Of a DNA stretch of 64,000 nt, positions 1 through 11,760 are shown one piece after another. The stretch lies in assembly GCA_001600695.1 (NCBI GenBank), contig BCKQ01000004.1, positions 1,416,321 through 1,480,320 of the forward strand, in the 5' to 3' direction. The position numbers and the translations under genes were made by a program. This DNA is from Ascoidea asiatica JCM 7603. Lineage: Eukaryota > Fungi > Ascomycota. The notes below the pieces were generated by a model. That model was not told the origin of the DNA. It saw nothing but the letters and a program-made list of their open reading frames with translations, and did no database searches. Positions within the stretch are counted from its first letter, which is position 1, and each line of letters opens with the position of its first letter.

Positions 1-251
1 TATAAATATTTGTAAGTTTTTATTTTTAAGGTAAAAAAAACTTTCATTGAAGTTGTGCATCACCCTTGCCTTTGTGTGCAGGTGGTTGAGAAAATGCGTG
101 AATATTGCGAAGAAACGAACGCATGCGCAAAATAGTTGGAAAATTTCCAAATTTCCCGATATGCAGAAAAAAGTGGGACATAAATATTAAAGTTTCGGAA
201 AAATAAAAAAAATAAAAAAAATAAAAATATAAAGAAAGTAGAAAAAAAAAC

Positions 252-325
252 TGATTTTGCCCAGGATCGAACTGGGGACGTTCTGCGTGTTAAGCAGATG
301 CCATAACCAACTAGACCACAAAACC
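252..325 (-). tRNA. tRNA-Val(AAC)
   Basis: Reverse complement GGTTTTGTGGTCTAGTTGGTTATGGCATCTGCTTAACACGCAGAACGTCCCCAGTTCGATCCTGGGCAAAATCA folds as a cloverleaf; anticodon AAC; oligo-T terminator follows. Confidence 0.97.
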
Positions 326-687
326 AATCTTTGGTTTTTCTTTTCCATTATTATTTTGAATACTTCTCTGGACAAGAAGTGTTTAAATTTTTTAAATATC
401 AAAAATGCTTTTTTTTTTTTTTTTGTTGGTTTTGATACACTTGAATTATTATTTTAATAATACTTTCAAAAAATTTAAATCATGAAAATCTTGTTTATAA
501 TAACTATTGAAACTAAATAGAGGAGTGAAATAAAAGATTGAGAAAAAGTAAATGAGTAAGTGAGTAAATGATAAATGAGAAATGAGTAAATGAGAAAGTG
601 AAATGATTAAATTCGTAAGATATAAAAAAGTTAATAAAAAAAAAGAAAGAAGAAAAGAATATTTTAAATCATTTGTTTTTCAATTAA

Positions 688-2268
688 TTAAGCAACTTCT
701 TCAATTGATTCTTTTTCATCATTCTCTTTTTCTTTTTGAATAATATTAATATCATCTTTAAGTTGAGATAAAGGTATAAATTTAGAAGAATGCCAAGCAT
801 GAGGATATTCATCATACATTTGATCAATTTCTTCTAAAGTTAAATTTTTTGTTTCATAAATCATAAAATAAGCAAAAATTGCAGCTAAAATATTACAACC
901 ACCCCAAATGAAAAAAACTTTTGTACCTAAATCTGCATTACCAGGACCAGAATCAATCATATATGGAGTTGCATAACCAATACCAAAATTCCAAATCCAA
1001 TTTGAAGCAGTTGATAAAGAAACAGATTTTGCTCTTGTTCTTAATGGAAAAAGTTCACCAACTACAACCCAACCAACAGGACCCCAAGTTGTACCAAAAA
1101 ATGCAATAAATATACAAGAAAATGCAATTAAACATTTTTTAGCAGAATCTGAATTTGCACATTCACCAATTATAGAAATTAAAAGATCAGAAATTCCCAT
1201 ACCAATTGCACCCCAAAATAATAATGGTCTTCTACCCCAAATTTCAATTAAAATTACACCTGGAATTGTCATAACAAAATTTGTAATATTTGTAATAACT
1301 TGAACAGTAAATGCATTTGTAATACCAGCATCTGCGAAAAATGTTGTACCATAATAAAATATAAAATTTATACCAGTTAATTGTTGTAAAGCTTGTACAG
1401 AAGTACCAGTAATAATTCTTTTTAATTGAGAATTACCAGTTCTAAAAACATCTAACCAAGTTGAACTACCAAAAGAACATTCATAATCATAATTTGCTTT
1501 AATTTCATTATATTCTTCTTCTAATTCTGGATGATTTATTGGTAATTTTCTTAAAAATGATAATGATTTTTTTGCTTTTTTTTCATTATTTTTAGTTATA
1601 AAAAATCTTGGAGTTTCTGGTAAAAAAATCATTCCAATACCTAAGATTAAAGCCCATAAAAATTGAATTGCAATTGGAATTCTATAAGAAGCAGAAGAAT
1701 CAATATTATGAGTACCTTGTTCAACACAAGAAGCTAAAAAAATACCTAAACTTATAGCTAATTGATAAATTGAAACAATTGCACCACGTAAACCTTTTGG
1801 TACAGTTTCAGCTTGATATAATGGAATTGTAGCAGAAACAAAACCTAAACCTAAACCTGCAATAAATCTACCAGCTAATAATAAACCAATTGTTGTTGAA
1901 GCAGTTTGTAAAACAATACCTAAATTAAAAGTAAAAAGTGAAGAAATAATTATTACCCATTTTCTACCTAAATTATCAGCAATAAATGGAGCTAATAAAG
2001 AACCTGAAAAAGTACCTAAAGATAAAATAGAAACAATAATTGAATGTTCTTTTGCAGTAAAAGCACCAGGAGTTGAAGGAAAAGTATTTAAAACATATTT
2101 CATTGCAATTATACCAGAAATTGAACCAGTATCATAACCATAAAGAATACCAGCAAAAGAAGCAAATAAACCAACTAATACAGAAGGTAAAATAGAAACT
2201 TCAGTTGGTTTTTCTGGTTTTTTATAAAATAAAGCCCAACATTTTTGTATAAATGAAACTTTTGGCAT
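688..2268 (-). CDS. MFS sugar porter (hexose/pentose transporter, Gxs1/Hgt-like), 526 aa
   Basis: Motifs GILYGYDTG, ADNLGRK, PETPRF, QQLTGINFIFYYG, GELFPLRTR, YETK; about 12 hydrophobic segments; no long Snf3/Rgt2-type sensor tail. Confidence 0.95.
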   Translation of the reverse strand: MPKVSFIQKCWALFYKKPEKPTEVSILPSVLVGLFASFAGILYGYDTGSISGIIAMKYVLNTFPSTPGAFTAKEHSIIVSILSLGTFSGSLLAPFIADNLGRKWVIIISSLFTFNLGIVLQTASTTIGLLLAGRFIAGLGLGFVSATIPLYQAETVPKGLRGAIVSIYQLAISLGIFLASCVEQGTHNIDSSASYRIPIAIQFLWALILGIGMIFLPETPRFFITKNNEKKAKKSLSFLRKLPINHPELEEEYNEIKANYDYECSFGSSTWLDVFRTGNSQLKRIITGTSVQALQQLTGINFIFYYGTTFFADAGITNAFTVQVITNITNFVMTIPGVILIEIWGRRPLLFWGAIGMGISDLLISIIGECANSDSAKKCLIAFSCIFIAFFGTTWGPVGWVVVGELFPLRTRAKSVSLSTASNWIWNFGIGYATPYMIDSGPGNADLGTKVFFIWGGCNILAAIFAYFMIYETKNLTLEEIDQMYDEYPHAWHSSKFIPLSQLKDDINIIQKEKENDEKESIEEVA

Positions 2269-3903
2269 TTTTATTTAAAAGTTTTTTTTTAAAGAATTTT
2301 ATTATTATCTAATATAATATTAGTAAATATAAAGATATATGTATATATATAAATAAATAAATAAATAAATAAAGAAAAAAAGAAAAAAAAGTAAAAAACC
2401 AATTTTGATAAGTAAAATAAAGAAGAAAATAAAAATCTATTTATACATGTATTGAATTTATTTAAAAATTTTGAAATTTATATATTGTTTAAACTTTTAC
2501 ATAATTTTGGATAGAAATGATTTGATAATTAGATAATTTAGATAAATGAGATAATTTAGAAATGAATATTGTTTTAAATTTGAAAGATTTAGAGAACTAT
2601 ATTTTTTAGTGAAAGTCATGATCAAAGTAAAGAAATAAGTAGCGAAATAAGAGAAAAAAAGAGAAAAAAAGATCATATTCAGCCATTGAAAGAGAATAAT
2701 AAAGAAAAGCAACCCCAGAAAAGGAACTGGAATTGAATAACTTTAAAAAACAAGAAAAAAGAAGAAATAACAAGAAAAGAGAAGAAGAGAAATGTGGTCA
2801 ACGGATCATTATTACCGTTAGAGCTAAGAAAAATAAGCTTAAATAACAAGCTTAAGCTAAGAGAAATAAGCTCAGGAGAATAAGAAAATAAGAAAATAAG
2901 AGAATAGTCCGAGGGTCCCCGAAGTCCCCGTGGGGCAGCGACAGCTGCAAACTCGGACGCGGCTGCATGCACGACTCCAGACCGGAAAAGCAGCGGAAAA
3001 AAAAACAAAAAGAAGCAAAAAAAGAAAGCAGCCAATCAGAGCAGCGGAACGCGACACAAACGCAGCACTCGCACCAGGGTTTTCAGGATTTTCAGGATTT
3101 TCTTCCGGGATTCCAGATGGCGGTGGAGGTGCTGGATAAATGATTGAGCACCAGCCACAAAGAGATTTATCCAGCTCTGAACTGGCGCTGAATTGGCACT
3201 TCATTTGCATTGAATTGGCGCTGAATTGGTGTTTTTTCTTCTTTCTCAGTCTTTCAACGAGCAAATTCAAAGAAATTCAAAGAAATTCAAAGAAATTCAA
3301 GGAAATAAAGCCAATTCAAGGAAATAAAGCAAATTCAAGGAGACGTGGAACAGATTGAAATAAAAATATGATTTTATTCTCTTACAAGGCTTATTCATTA
3401 CTCATTACTCATTACTCATTGCTCATTACTCAACTACTGCATGTATTCTTACTCCTGAGACTGTTCCAGATATGGCAATCTCACTCAGCTTCAATTTAAC
3501 TTACGTAACTTGTTTTCTAAATCTTATTCCTTTTAATCTGTTTTTTTTTTGTTTTTCTGATGTTTAAATATCAAATTTAAGCCATTTTTTCAAATTATAT
3601 AATCCCTATACTAAGGCGTTATAATAAATTGAAATTCAATTTAAATATAATAAGAGATATCCGATAATACGCGTTTTTAAGGATATTCAAAATTTATTTA
3701 CAATAAAATATATTAAAAAGTTCCCTTTTATTAAGCAGTCTCCTCATTTATCATTTATTTATTCGCTTAATATAATTGTTTGAATAAAATTTTTTTTTTC
3801 ATTACGTTCAATACATAAATCTACATTCATTGAAAATTTATTAAACTTCATACCTGTTTGTATTGCCGTGGTAGTTGGTTCATTATTTCTTGGACTGTGT
3901 GTT

Positions 3904-3977
3904 GGTTTTGTGGTCTAGTTGGTTATGGCATCTGCTTAACACGCAGAACGTCCCCAGTTCGATCCTGGGCAAAATCA
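3904..3977 (+). tRNA. tRNA-Val(AAC)
   Basis: Identical 74-nt inverted copy of 252..325; poly-T terminator. Confidence 0.97.
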
Positions 3978-4067
3978 GTTTTTTTTATATATGTATATAT
4001 ATATTTTTTCTATATTCAAAAAATACTCAATAATAATTAAAAAGAATTTCTTCAATGCAAAAAAGAA

Positions 4068-4150
4068 TGAAGGATGCGAGGTTCGAACTCGCGCGGGAAT
4101 CTCCCAGTAGATCTTAAGTCTACCGCCTTAGACCACTCGGCCAACCCTCC
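4068..4150 (-). tRNA. tRNA-Leu(TAA)
   Basis: GGAGGGTTGGCCGAGTGGTCTAAGGCGGTAGACTTAAGATCTAC...GTTCGAACCTCGCATCCTTCA; long variable arm; anticodon TAA. Confidence 0.97.
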
Positions 4151-4312
4151 AGAACGTTAGTACCACAATTACTTGATCTAATATCAACATATATTTTAAC
4201 AATAAAACTAGTAATGTCTATAAATCATATGATTTACCATTTCGATATTACTATTGAAGATGCGGATAATTCAAAATTGGACTTATATGTTTTTACACAT
4301 TTTTATTCTTTT

Positions 4313-4383
4313 GCGTAAGTGGTTTAGTGGTAAAATTCGACGTTGCCATCGTCGGGCCCCCGGTTCAATTCCGGGCTTACGCA
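4313..4383 (+). tRNA. tRNA-Gly(GCC)
   Basis: GCGTAAGTGGTTTAGTGGTAAAATTCGACGTTGCCATCGTCGGGCCCCCGGTTCAATTCCGGGCTTACGCA, 71-nt cloverleaf. Confidence 0.97.
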
Positions 4384-4558
4384 GTTGTTTAATATTTTTT
4401 TTTTTTTTTTTTTTTATTTTTGATGATTGTTAAATCAATATTATGGATTTTAATTATTATATTTAAATCAAATAATATTCTCTACAAAGGTTAAAACATT
4501 GAGAAATAAAAAAATAATTCAACTAGATAGTAAAACTACCTATAAAACAAAAAGTAAG

Positions 4559-4654
4559 CACCCGACGTGGGAGTCGAACCCACAATCTTCTGATGACTGA
4601 ATTGAACAAAGTTCTAATAGAAGTCAGACGCGTTAACCATTACGCTAGCCAGGC
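4559..4654 (-). tRNA. tRNA-Arg(TCT) with 23-nt intron
   Basis: GCCTGGCTAGCGTAATGGTTAACGCGTCTGACTTCTA[TTAGAACTTTGTTCAATTCAGTC]ATCAGAAGATTGTGGGTTCGACTCCCACGTCGGGTG; intron at canonical 37/38. Confidence 0.95.
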
Positions 4655-5102
4655 TTAATTATAATTTTATGTTTCTAGTTTATTTTCTCTTTTTTCTAAG
4701 TAACAGTAAGAAGTGATACATTTTATGTCATATGTTCACGTGCTCAGTTTTACCGGAATTCTTCTCCATTAAACTAAACAATATTTCCTAAAATGGCCTA
4801 TTTCAGGGTTCATTATAATATGTTATACCTTTCCCACTGCTTTACTTTCTTATATTATATTATATTATATTATATTATATTATACTATTATTACTACAAC
4901 GTTTTTTATTCAATAATAGATTTGATTAAATGTGAAATAGTGAAGTAATAAAAATAATAATAAAAAAATCAGAAAATCTCTAAAAAAATATAATAGTAAT
5001 TAAAGAAATAAAAGCAAAAAAACAAAAAAAAAAGAAGAAAAAAAAATTGGGTATTGAGAAATTTATAAAAAAAATTATATATCTATTGATTAAAAATTAT
5101 TA

Positions 5103-7094
5103 TTAAGCTCCCAGAGAAATTGGAATTTTTGGTTCTCCAGGTGTTAATTCTTTCATTGAATTATAATTTACATGTGTTTGTTCATATAAACTTGTAGGAA
5201 TTTGTTTAATTTCTTCTTTACTTTCAATTAATACACTTGACATACCTCCGGATAAATGAAGTTGAATATGACAATGAATCATCCATGCTCCTGGATTATC
5301 TGCAATAAATCTAATAATTGCATATCCACCAGTTTCAACTTCAACAATATCAACATATGGTGGATTTTTAAAATTAAATAATTCTTCTTCTCCATTATTT
5401 AAAGCTTCTTCAACTGATGAATATGAAAAATTTTTTAATTTTTCACTTTGACTAATTACATAAAATGAATGTCCATGTAAATGCATTGGATGTGCTGCAA
5501 ATTCAGAATTTTGAAAAATAATATCAATAATATTATTTGGTTCAATTCCAACATCAATTATTGCATTATTCATTTCTTCACTAATATTCATTTTTGGATC
5601 TTTAATTATATCAAATAATAATGGTGTATTTAATTCCATACCTGAATCCATTGGTATATTTTTATAGAGTGAAAATGTACTAACTGAATTTCTTTTCATA
5701 TATGTAAAAATTGTTTTATCTCCTTTACCAATTGGTGGTATTAAACTTTTATCATATGGTGAAGTTTTTAATGCATTTAATTGTTTATATTTTTTATTTA
5801 TTAATATACCTGCATTATTTTGAAATAATTCTCCATTACTTGATAAATCTGTAATATTTTGAATTAATGATGATGTATAATTATTTTCATTACCATATTT
5901 TAAATATCCATATCCATTAATTAATTGAGGATTTTCTGCTCCTGAAATTCTAATTAAAAATGGTTTAGAAATATCTTTATGTTCAAATTTATTTGTTTTA
6001 ACTAAAATTGTAAATCTTTGTCCAATTGATAAATATAATTGTTCACCTTCAATTGGTTCAACAAATGCTCCATCAACTGCAATAATTGAAATTTTATGAT
6101 CATCAATACTAATAACTTTTGAAAATTCTCCACCTGCATTTAAAATATTAAACATAATATATTCTTTATTATTTGTATAAAAAATTTCTAAATTTGAAGT
6201 TGTATTAAAACATTCTTCCATTGTTCCTGGTGATCCTAATAAAATTTCTTCTTCATTTATTGTACCAAAACTTGAACAACCATAATTATCAACAAAATAA
6301 TTTTCATAAGAAATATCTGTAAATTTGGTAATACCTTCTGAAATTATTACTTCTTTTGGTGTACAATAATGTCTACCAATTCCATTTATTAATATAGATT
6401 GAATACATGTTAAATCAACTCCATAATTAAATAATTTTGCTGCAACATCATCATAAGTTTCTTTAAACCAATCACTAATAAATAATAATTTTGGAGATTT
6501 TTCTAATTCATATAATAAACTTAATTCATTAGAATCATTAGTTATTTGATTATATGGTCTTTGAATATCATTATTTGGTTTAATATATATTGAACCTGCA
6601 ATTCCATCATTAGAATATCCTCTATAATGAGAATGATACCAATAAAATCCATATTGTTCTGCTTTCCAAACATAAGTATATGAATCTCCTGTTAATATAG
6701 GATATTGAGTAACACCTGCAGCACCATCTGCAAAATTAGTTCCCTTTTGAGTAATTCCATGAAAATGAATTGTTACTGGTACTGTCATATAATTATTTAC
6801 TTCAATAATAACCCAATAACCTTGATTAAGTTGAAGTTCAGGACCAGGTGATTGACCATTAATTAAAAATCCTCTTCTATATCTACCATCTGGATTAACA
6901 ATAGTTTCAGTTAAATTCCATTGTTCAAAATGAATATTGGCATCTTTTGGAATAAGTGAAGTTGGTTCTGTAACATATGAATTAGAATTAGAAATAAATT
7001 TAGATTTAGATATTGGATAAGTATTAATAGGTAATATATAATATATAATTATATTTAAGACTAAAAAATTGAAAAAATTATTCAAAAATATCAT
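5103..7094 (-). CDS. Secreted multicopper oxidase (laccase-like), 663 aa
   Basis: Signal peptide; all four copper motifs TIHFHG, WYHSH, HPMHLHGH, WMIHCHIQLHLSGGM; no C-terminal TM helix. Confidence 0.95.
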   Translation of the reverse strand: MIFLNNFFNFLVLNIIIYYILPINTYPISKSKFISNSNSYVTEPTSLIPKDANIHFEQWNLTETIVNPDGRYRRGFLINGQSPGPELQLNQGYWVIIEVNNYMTVPVTIHFHGITQKGTNFADGAAGVTQYPILTGDSYTYVWKAEQYGFYWYHSHYRGYSNDGIAGSIYIKPNNDIQRPYNQITNDSNELSLLYELEKSPKLLFISDWFKETYDDVAAKLFNYGVDLTCIQSILINGIGRHYCTPKEVIISEGITKFTDISYENYFVDNYGCSSFGTINEEEILLGSPGTMEECFNTTSNLEIFYTNNKEYIMFNILNAGGEFSKVISIDDHKISIIAVDGAFVEPIEGEQLYLSIGQRFTILVKTNKFEHKDISKPFLIRISGAENPQLINGYGYLKYGNENNYTSSLIQNITDLSSNGELFQNNAGILINKKYKQLNALKTSPYDKSLIPPIGKGDKTIFTYMKRNSVSTFSLYKNIPMDSGMELNTPLLFDIIKDPKMNISEEMNNAIIDVGIEPNNIIDIIFQNSEFAAHPMHLHGHSFYVISQSEKLKNFSYSSVEEALNNGEEELFNFKNPPYVDIVEVETGGYAIIRFIADNPGAWMIHCHIQLHLSGGMSSVLIESKEEIKQIPTSLYEQTHVNYNSMKELTPGEPKIPISLGA

Positions 7095-10000
7095 TTTTGA
7101 AAAGATAAGTTTGAAATATTAGTTACTTTTAAATTTAAAAAGCCAATAAAAAAAAACTGAAAAAAATTATTCATTGTAAAAAAAGAAAGAATTTTAATTA
7201 AATTTATAATCAAAAAATATTCTTTTTTCTGTTAATCCATTTGAATCTATAATTCAAGAGAAAAATTTTCAAATTAGAAATCTTGATGAAGTCTTGATAA
7301 AAAATCTTGATAAAATCTTGATTAAATCTTCATCTGGATGAAATTTTGATGAAATTGAACAATTAAAAAATCAAACTTTTAGAAAATAAAAAACTTATAA
7401 AATTTTAAAATTCTAAAATACCCTTTAATAGGAAATAAACTAAATGATAATTGAATAAAAAGTTTGTTAGCCTTGGCTTTGGTTACGCATAGCAGTCTCT
7501 AGGCAATTATTGAACAATTTTCTTTTTTTTTTTCTAGATTATTTGAAAACCTTTTGATCATAATTTTATCAGAAAAAGATAAAATTTTGATCGTAATTTG
7601 GTTGTTTTCTGAGCATTTTTTGTAATAAATTTTCTTCTCTCAGATATTCAGAAGATATTTTTAGTGAAAAATTGACCCTTTTCGATACAGATTATAAAAA
7701 TTACCAAAATACTGAAAAAGTTTTAAGGTAATGAAATTTAAAGTTTACCAATTTTAGATTATCCCTTCAAAATACGAATATATGTTTACCTGCAATATCA
7801 AGAGAATAACTAAATTTAGTTCTATTCATGTTTTTTTTCTTTAAGGACTTAACCAATAGAAAATTTATATTTATTTGCAGAAATGGGATAATACTGCATT
7901 TTCTCGGTGATTCACATGGCTTTTATGAAAAGCACTTACTCTGAAGGGGTAAAAATATTAAATATTGAAATATCAAAATATTGGTTATTAGATATTGATT
8001 ATTAAATATTGGATATATACTCTTTGATATTGGACATCAATGACCGAATATCAATGATTGGATATCAATAATTGAAAATTAATAAGTGTATATTGAATGA
8101 GAAATAGAAGTATTGAATTAGGAAGCTTTGGTTATAAAATATGTTGAAGACTGAAATAGGATTTAAAAGCGAATCTATGAAGTGAATTAGTTTAAAAAAG
8201 CGGTAAGGGTTACTTTGGATATACCGAAAATGAAAAGATTTTCATATTTAGTTTTGATCTTTGAATATGATTGCATATTATTGGATATGATTAAATATTA
8301 TTGGATATGATTATATATTATTCAGATTTATTCAGATTCATTGAATTTTATTGAATTTATTGAATTTATTGAAGTAATATGAATTTCTTTGGATTTACTA
8401 CTTTGGATTATAAAAGCTTGAATTGGGAAAGCTTGAATTTGAAAGTTGGAAAATGGCAAAAGAGAGACTTCTTTAGAGCGATAAAACTGAAATTAGATAT
8501 CTTGCAAACGAGGATAACTGGCTAGGAAACACATATCCCGAGTTGCCAGAAATTAGGAAAGGAAGTTGGCCAGAGCATACATCTCGAACTGAGAACCCAG
8601 GAGAAAAATACACATAAAGACAGTATTATGGACTATTCATTGTTAGATTATAGATTATGGATTATAGAATACAATATAGAATATAGATTATAATTTCTTT
8701 TATTTAGATGGTCCTAACTGTTATATTTCTATTGTTTCCAGCATTCTTTACCGTAGTTCCAATATTGTATGAGGGTTAATTTTCATTTTTATCACCCGAC
8801 CGTATTCGCGCGCAAAACTGTAGGATTTGCACAAAAATATTGACTATCTGCAGCTCGAAGTGCCGAACAGTTTTTACAAATTGCGTTGCGCACTTTTCCT
8901 GAAAACAAGGGATTTCTTCTTTTAAATAGATTTGTGCCATTTTCCTGATAAGAAGTGCGTTCACCGGAACCTTAACACTAAAAATCAAATTTAGGACGTC
9001 CCATCTAAAATGTGGCTGAGCTTGCCATATACCGACCAGATTCATATAACTTGAATCTTTCTTTGTTATATTGGTTATTAATGAAAACTATGACAGCATC
9101 AATATTGTTTTGCAATAAAGGATTTGAAATATATTAAGTTTTTTTCATGCAAAAGCAAAGGCTTGAGATTATGATTGGATGCTAACTGAGATTTTTGAAT
9201 TGAGACTTTTTGAACAAAAGTGACCCTTTGAACTACAGAAATTAGTATAAAAACAAATCTATAACATTCAATAAGTTTGATGAAATCTTCAATGAATATA
9301 TTGAAAAAAAGAAGATTCCAATAACTAAGCCTTATGTTTATAGTACTACTCTAATAAAATGAGTTTTTATTTTATCCAATGAACAAAGGTGCTATAATCA
9401 TATTTAAAAGCAATTTCATAAAAACTAGTGAGATTGAATATATAAACTTGAAATAAAATTTAAACAAGGATAGTTCAAAAAATTGGCACATAATTCATAT
9501 AATTCATAATTACACGAAATTAATCGTACATAAATAAGATGTACCTTGGTTTTCTTTTTCTTACAAATTATAATTAGTAAAAGTAAGCAAAAAAACATCT
9601 TAAATTTTTATATTAATTTAAAAAAATGTTCTATAAAGACTATTTCAAAATGACAGTTCTAATTGATGAAAATTTTGAGTTAAATTAAATCCGTATAAAA
9701 GAACTCTCGCAAAGCAAGATAATTTAATTTCAACTTTTTCTACTTCTTGTGCAAATACTAAATCAAAAGAAACTGGAGTATTACCTGAATTTCACGACTG
9801 CTTTCATTCTTATTTTTATTCTTGTTCCTTATTTACTTGGTAATTTTAAAATCTATATTGATGAAAAATGGTCTATTTGAAAGCAATAACAGTTGAAAAT
9901 AATTGATTAATGCTTATTTTTAAGATCAAGACTAATTTGTCAAAAAAAAGTGGTCCTGAATTATGAACCTATGAATAGATTATAATCAGGTATTTGTAAT

Positions 10001-10473
10001 GATATCTAATCAATTTAATTAGTAAATATAGTCATACTGTATATCCAAAAAAAAAGAGTATAGCCGATAGCCTGAGATTATACGACTCACCCACACTATG
10101 CATTAGTATGCTTTAGTGCATAACATAACATAAAATAAATAGTTACCCGGCGTCTTTTTTAAACTTAAAATCACACACATAAACATAAAGTCGGTTGTAA
10201 AATTAACTTTAAACCCTCAATGATAAAGTCAAAAAAAAGAACAAGAATACTGCTTATTAGAAATATTGATAATTTATATCATGTAGATAATTAATGTTAA
10301 AGAGATAAACCATTGAGAAAGGTTATTTGAAGATTAGGTATAAAAGTATATTAACGTTTTTGAATTAATTAATTACTGGCGACGTTACTCTTAAATTATT
10401 TTTAAAAAAAGGTTAATATATTAAAATAAAAAGACTATAAAACATAAAAGTGGGATTATTATTGTATATTGCT

Positions 10474-11760
10474 TTATTGAGTGTTATTTTGGTTATTGTT
10501 ATTACTACCCATGAAACTTCTTGCAAAGTTTTGAATCATTGGATTGTTTAATAAATCATCAAGACCTGGATTACCTCCATTAGCACCTGCATTGGCATTG
10601 GCATTGGAATTTGCATTAGTACTGGCATTTGAATCAGTATTTTCTGTAGAACTTGCATTTTGATTAGCAGCTTGATTAGCAGCTTGATTAGCACCTGCAC
10701 CACCAAGACCAAAACCTTGGGCCATTTGTCTAAGTGCAGGATTATTTAAAAGACCTTGTAAAGCATCCGGATTTTGCATCATTTGTTGAGCAGCTTGCAT
10801 TACTTGAGGATTTTGCATCATTGAAGATAATCCACCAGCACCACCAGCACCACCGAACATTGAAGCTAAATTACCTAAATCTGGGAATCCAGAAGGTGTT
10901 CCACTATTATTACTATTATTATTATTATTATTGTTATCATTTGAAGATTGATCTCTTGTTGACTGAGCAACATTATCATTACTATTATTATTATTTATGT
11001 CATTATTATTGTTATCAATATCAATTGAATCTTGTAAAGATTGTTCATATCTTTGTTTTGCAGTTTCATAACCTTTTAAAGTAATTTGATTAACTTTATT
11101 TTTTGCAGATTCTAAATCAAGACATTTTTTATAATTTTCCATACTTTTTTTATAATCACCTTTAGCAAAATAAGCTAAACCTAATCTTGAATAAGCTTTT
11201 GAATAATTTGAATCTAATAATAAAGCATTTGAAGCATCAATTATAGCTAAATCATGTTTTTTTAAAGAAGAATAAGCTGCAGCTCTATTTGATAAATAAA
11301 TTGGATTTGTTGAAATTAATTTAATTGCTTCAGAATAATATTTAATTGCATTTTCAAAATCTTTTGTTGCAATACATTTATTACCTTTTAATTTTAATTC
11401 TTCTGCTTTTTCTTTTAAATTGATTTCTTCAATTGGTATATTTACATTTATTTCTTTTACTTTTTCATCTTCTGATTTTTCTTTTTGTTTTTCATTGATC
11501 TTAATATTTGAATTTAAATTTGAATTATATTTTAAACCATCATTAATTAATTGAATTAAAGATTTATTACCAAATTTATTATTAATAATGTCTTTTGATT
11601 CATCTTTATTGATTTCAAAAGAATCTGCAATACAATCTAATACAACTTCATTCAAAGATTCAACATATTCTTCGTTAACTTGATTTTTTGCTATTGAATC
11701 AGATAAAAACTGAATTATTAAATGAGCAATATCTTTATTATTTACTGACATTTTCGACAC
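10474..11760 (-). CDS. SGT2: Small glutamine-rich TPR co-chaperone of the GET pathway, 428 aa
   Basis: N-terminal SGTA dimerisation segment (LIIQFL...LDCIADSF), three TPRs (AEELKLKGN, YLSNRAAAY, KAYSRLGLA), STI1-like MMQNP repeats. Confidence 0.93.
   Translation of the reverse strand: MSKMSVNNKDIAHLIIQFLSDSIAKNQVNEEYVESLNEVVLDCIADSFEINKDESKDIINNKFGNKSLIQLINDGLKYNSNLNSNIKINEKQKEKSEDEKVKEINVNIPIEEINLKEKAEELKLKGNKCIATKDFENAIKYYSEAIKLISTNPIYLSNRAAAYSSLKKHDLAIIDASNALLLDSNYSKAYSRLGLAYFAKGDYKKSMENYKKCLDLESAKNKVNQITLKGYETAKQRYEQSLQDSIDIDNNNNDINNNNSNDNVAQSTRDQSSNDNNNNNNNSNNSGTPSGFPDLGNLASMFGGAGGAGGLSSMMQNPQVMQAAQQMMQNPDALQGLLNNPALRQMAQGFGLGGAGANQAANQAANQNASSTENTDSNASTNANSNANANAGANGGNPGLDDLLNNPMIQNFARSFMGSNNNNQNNTQ

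Noticed and set aside
187-457. Short ORFs over tRNA genes or antisense to real genes throughout the track
   Set aside because: Shadow frames of tRNAs, microsatellites or codon-biased CDSs.
4736-4757. CDEI-like TCACGTG plus CCG as a point centromere
   Set aside because: Only 10 bp between elements (no AT-rich CDEII), and the motif occurs twice in the window.
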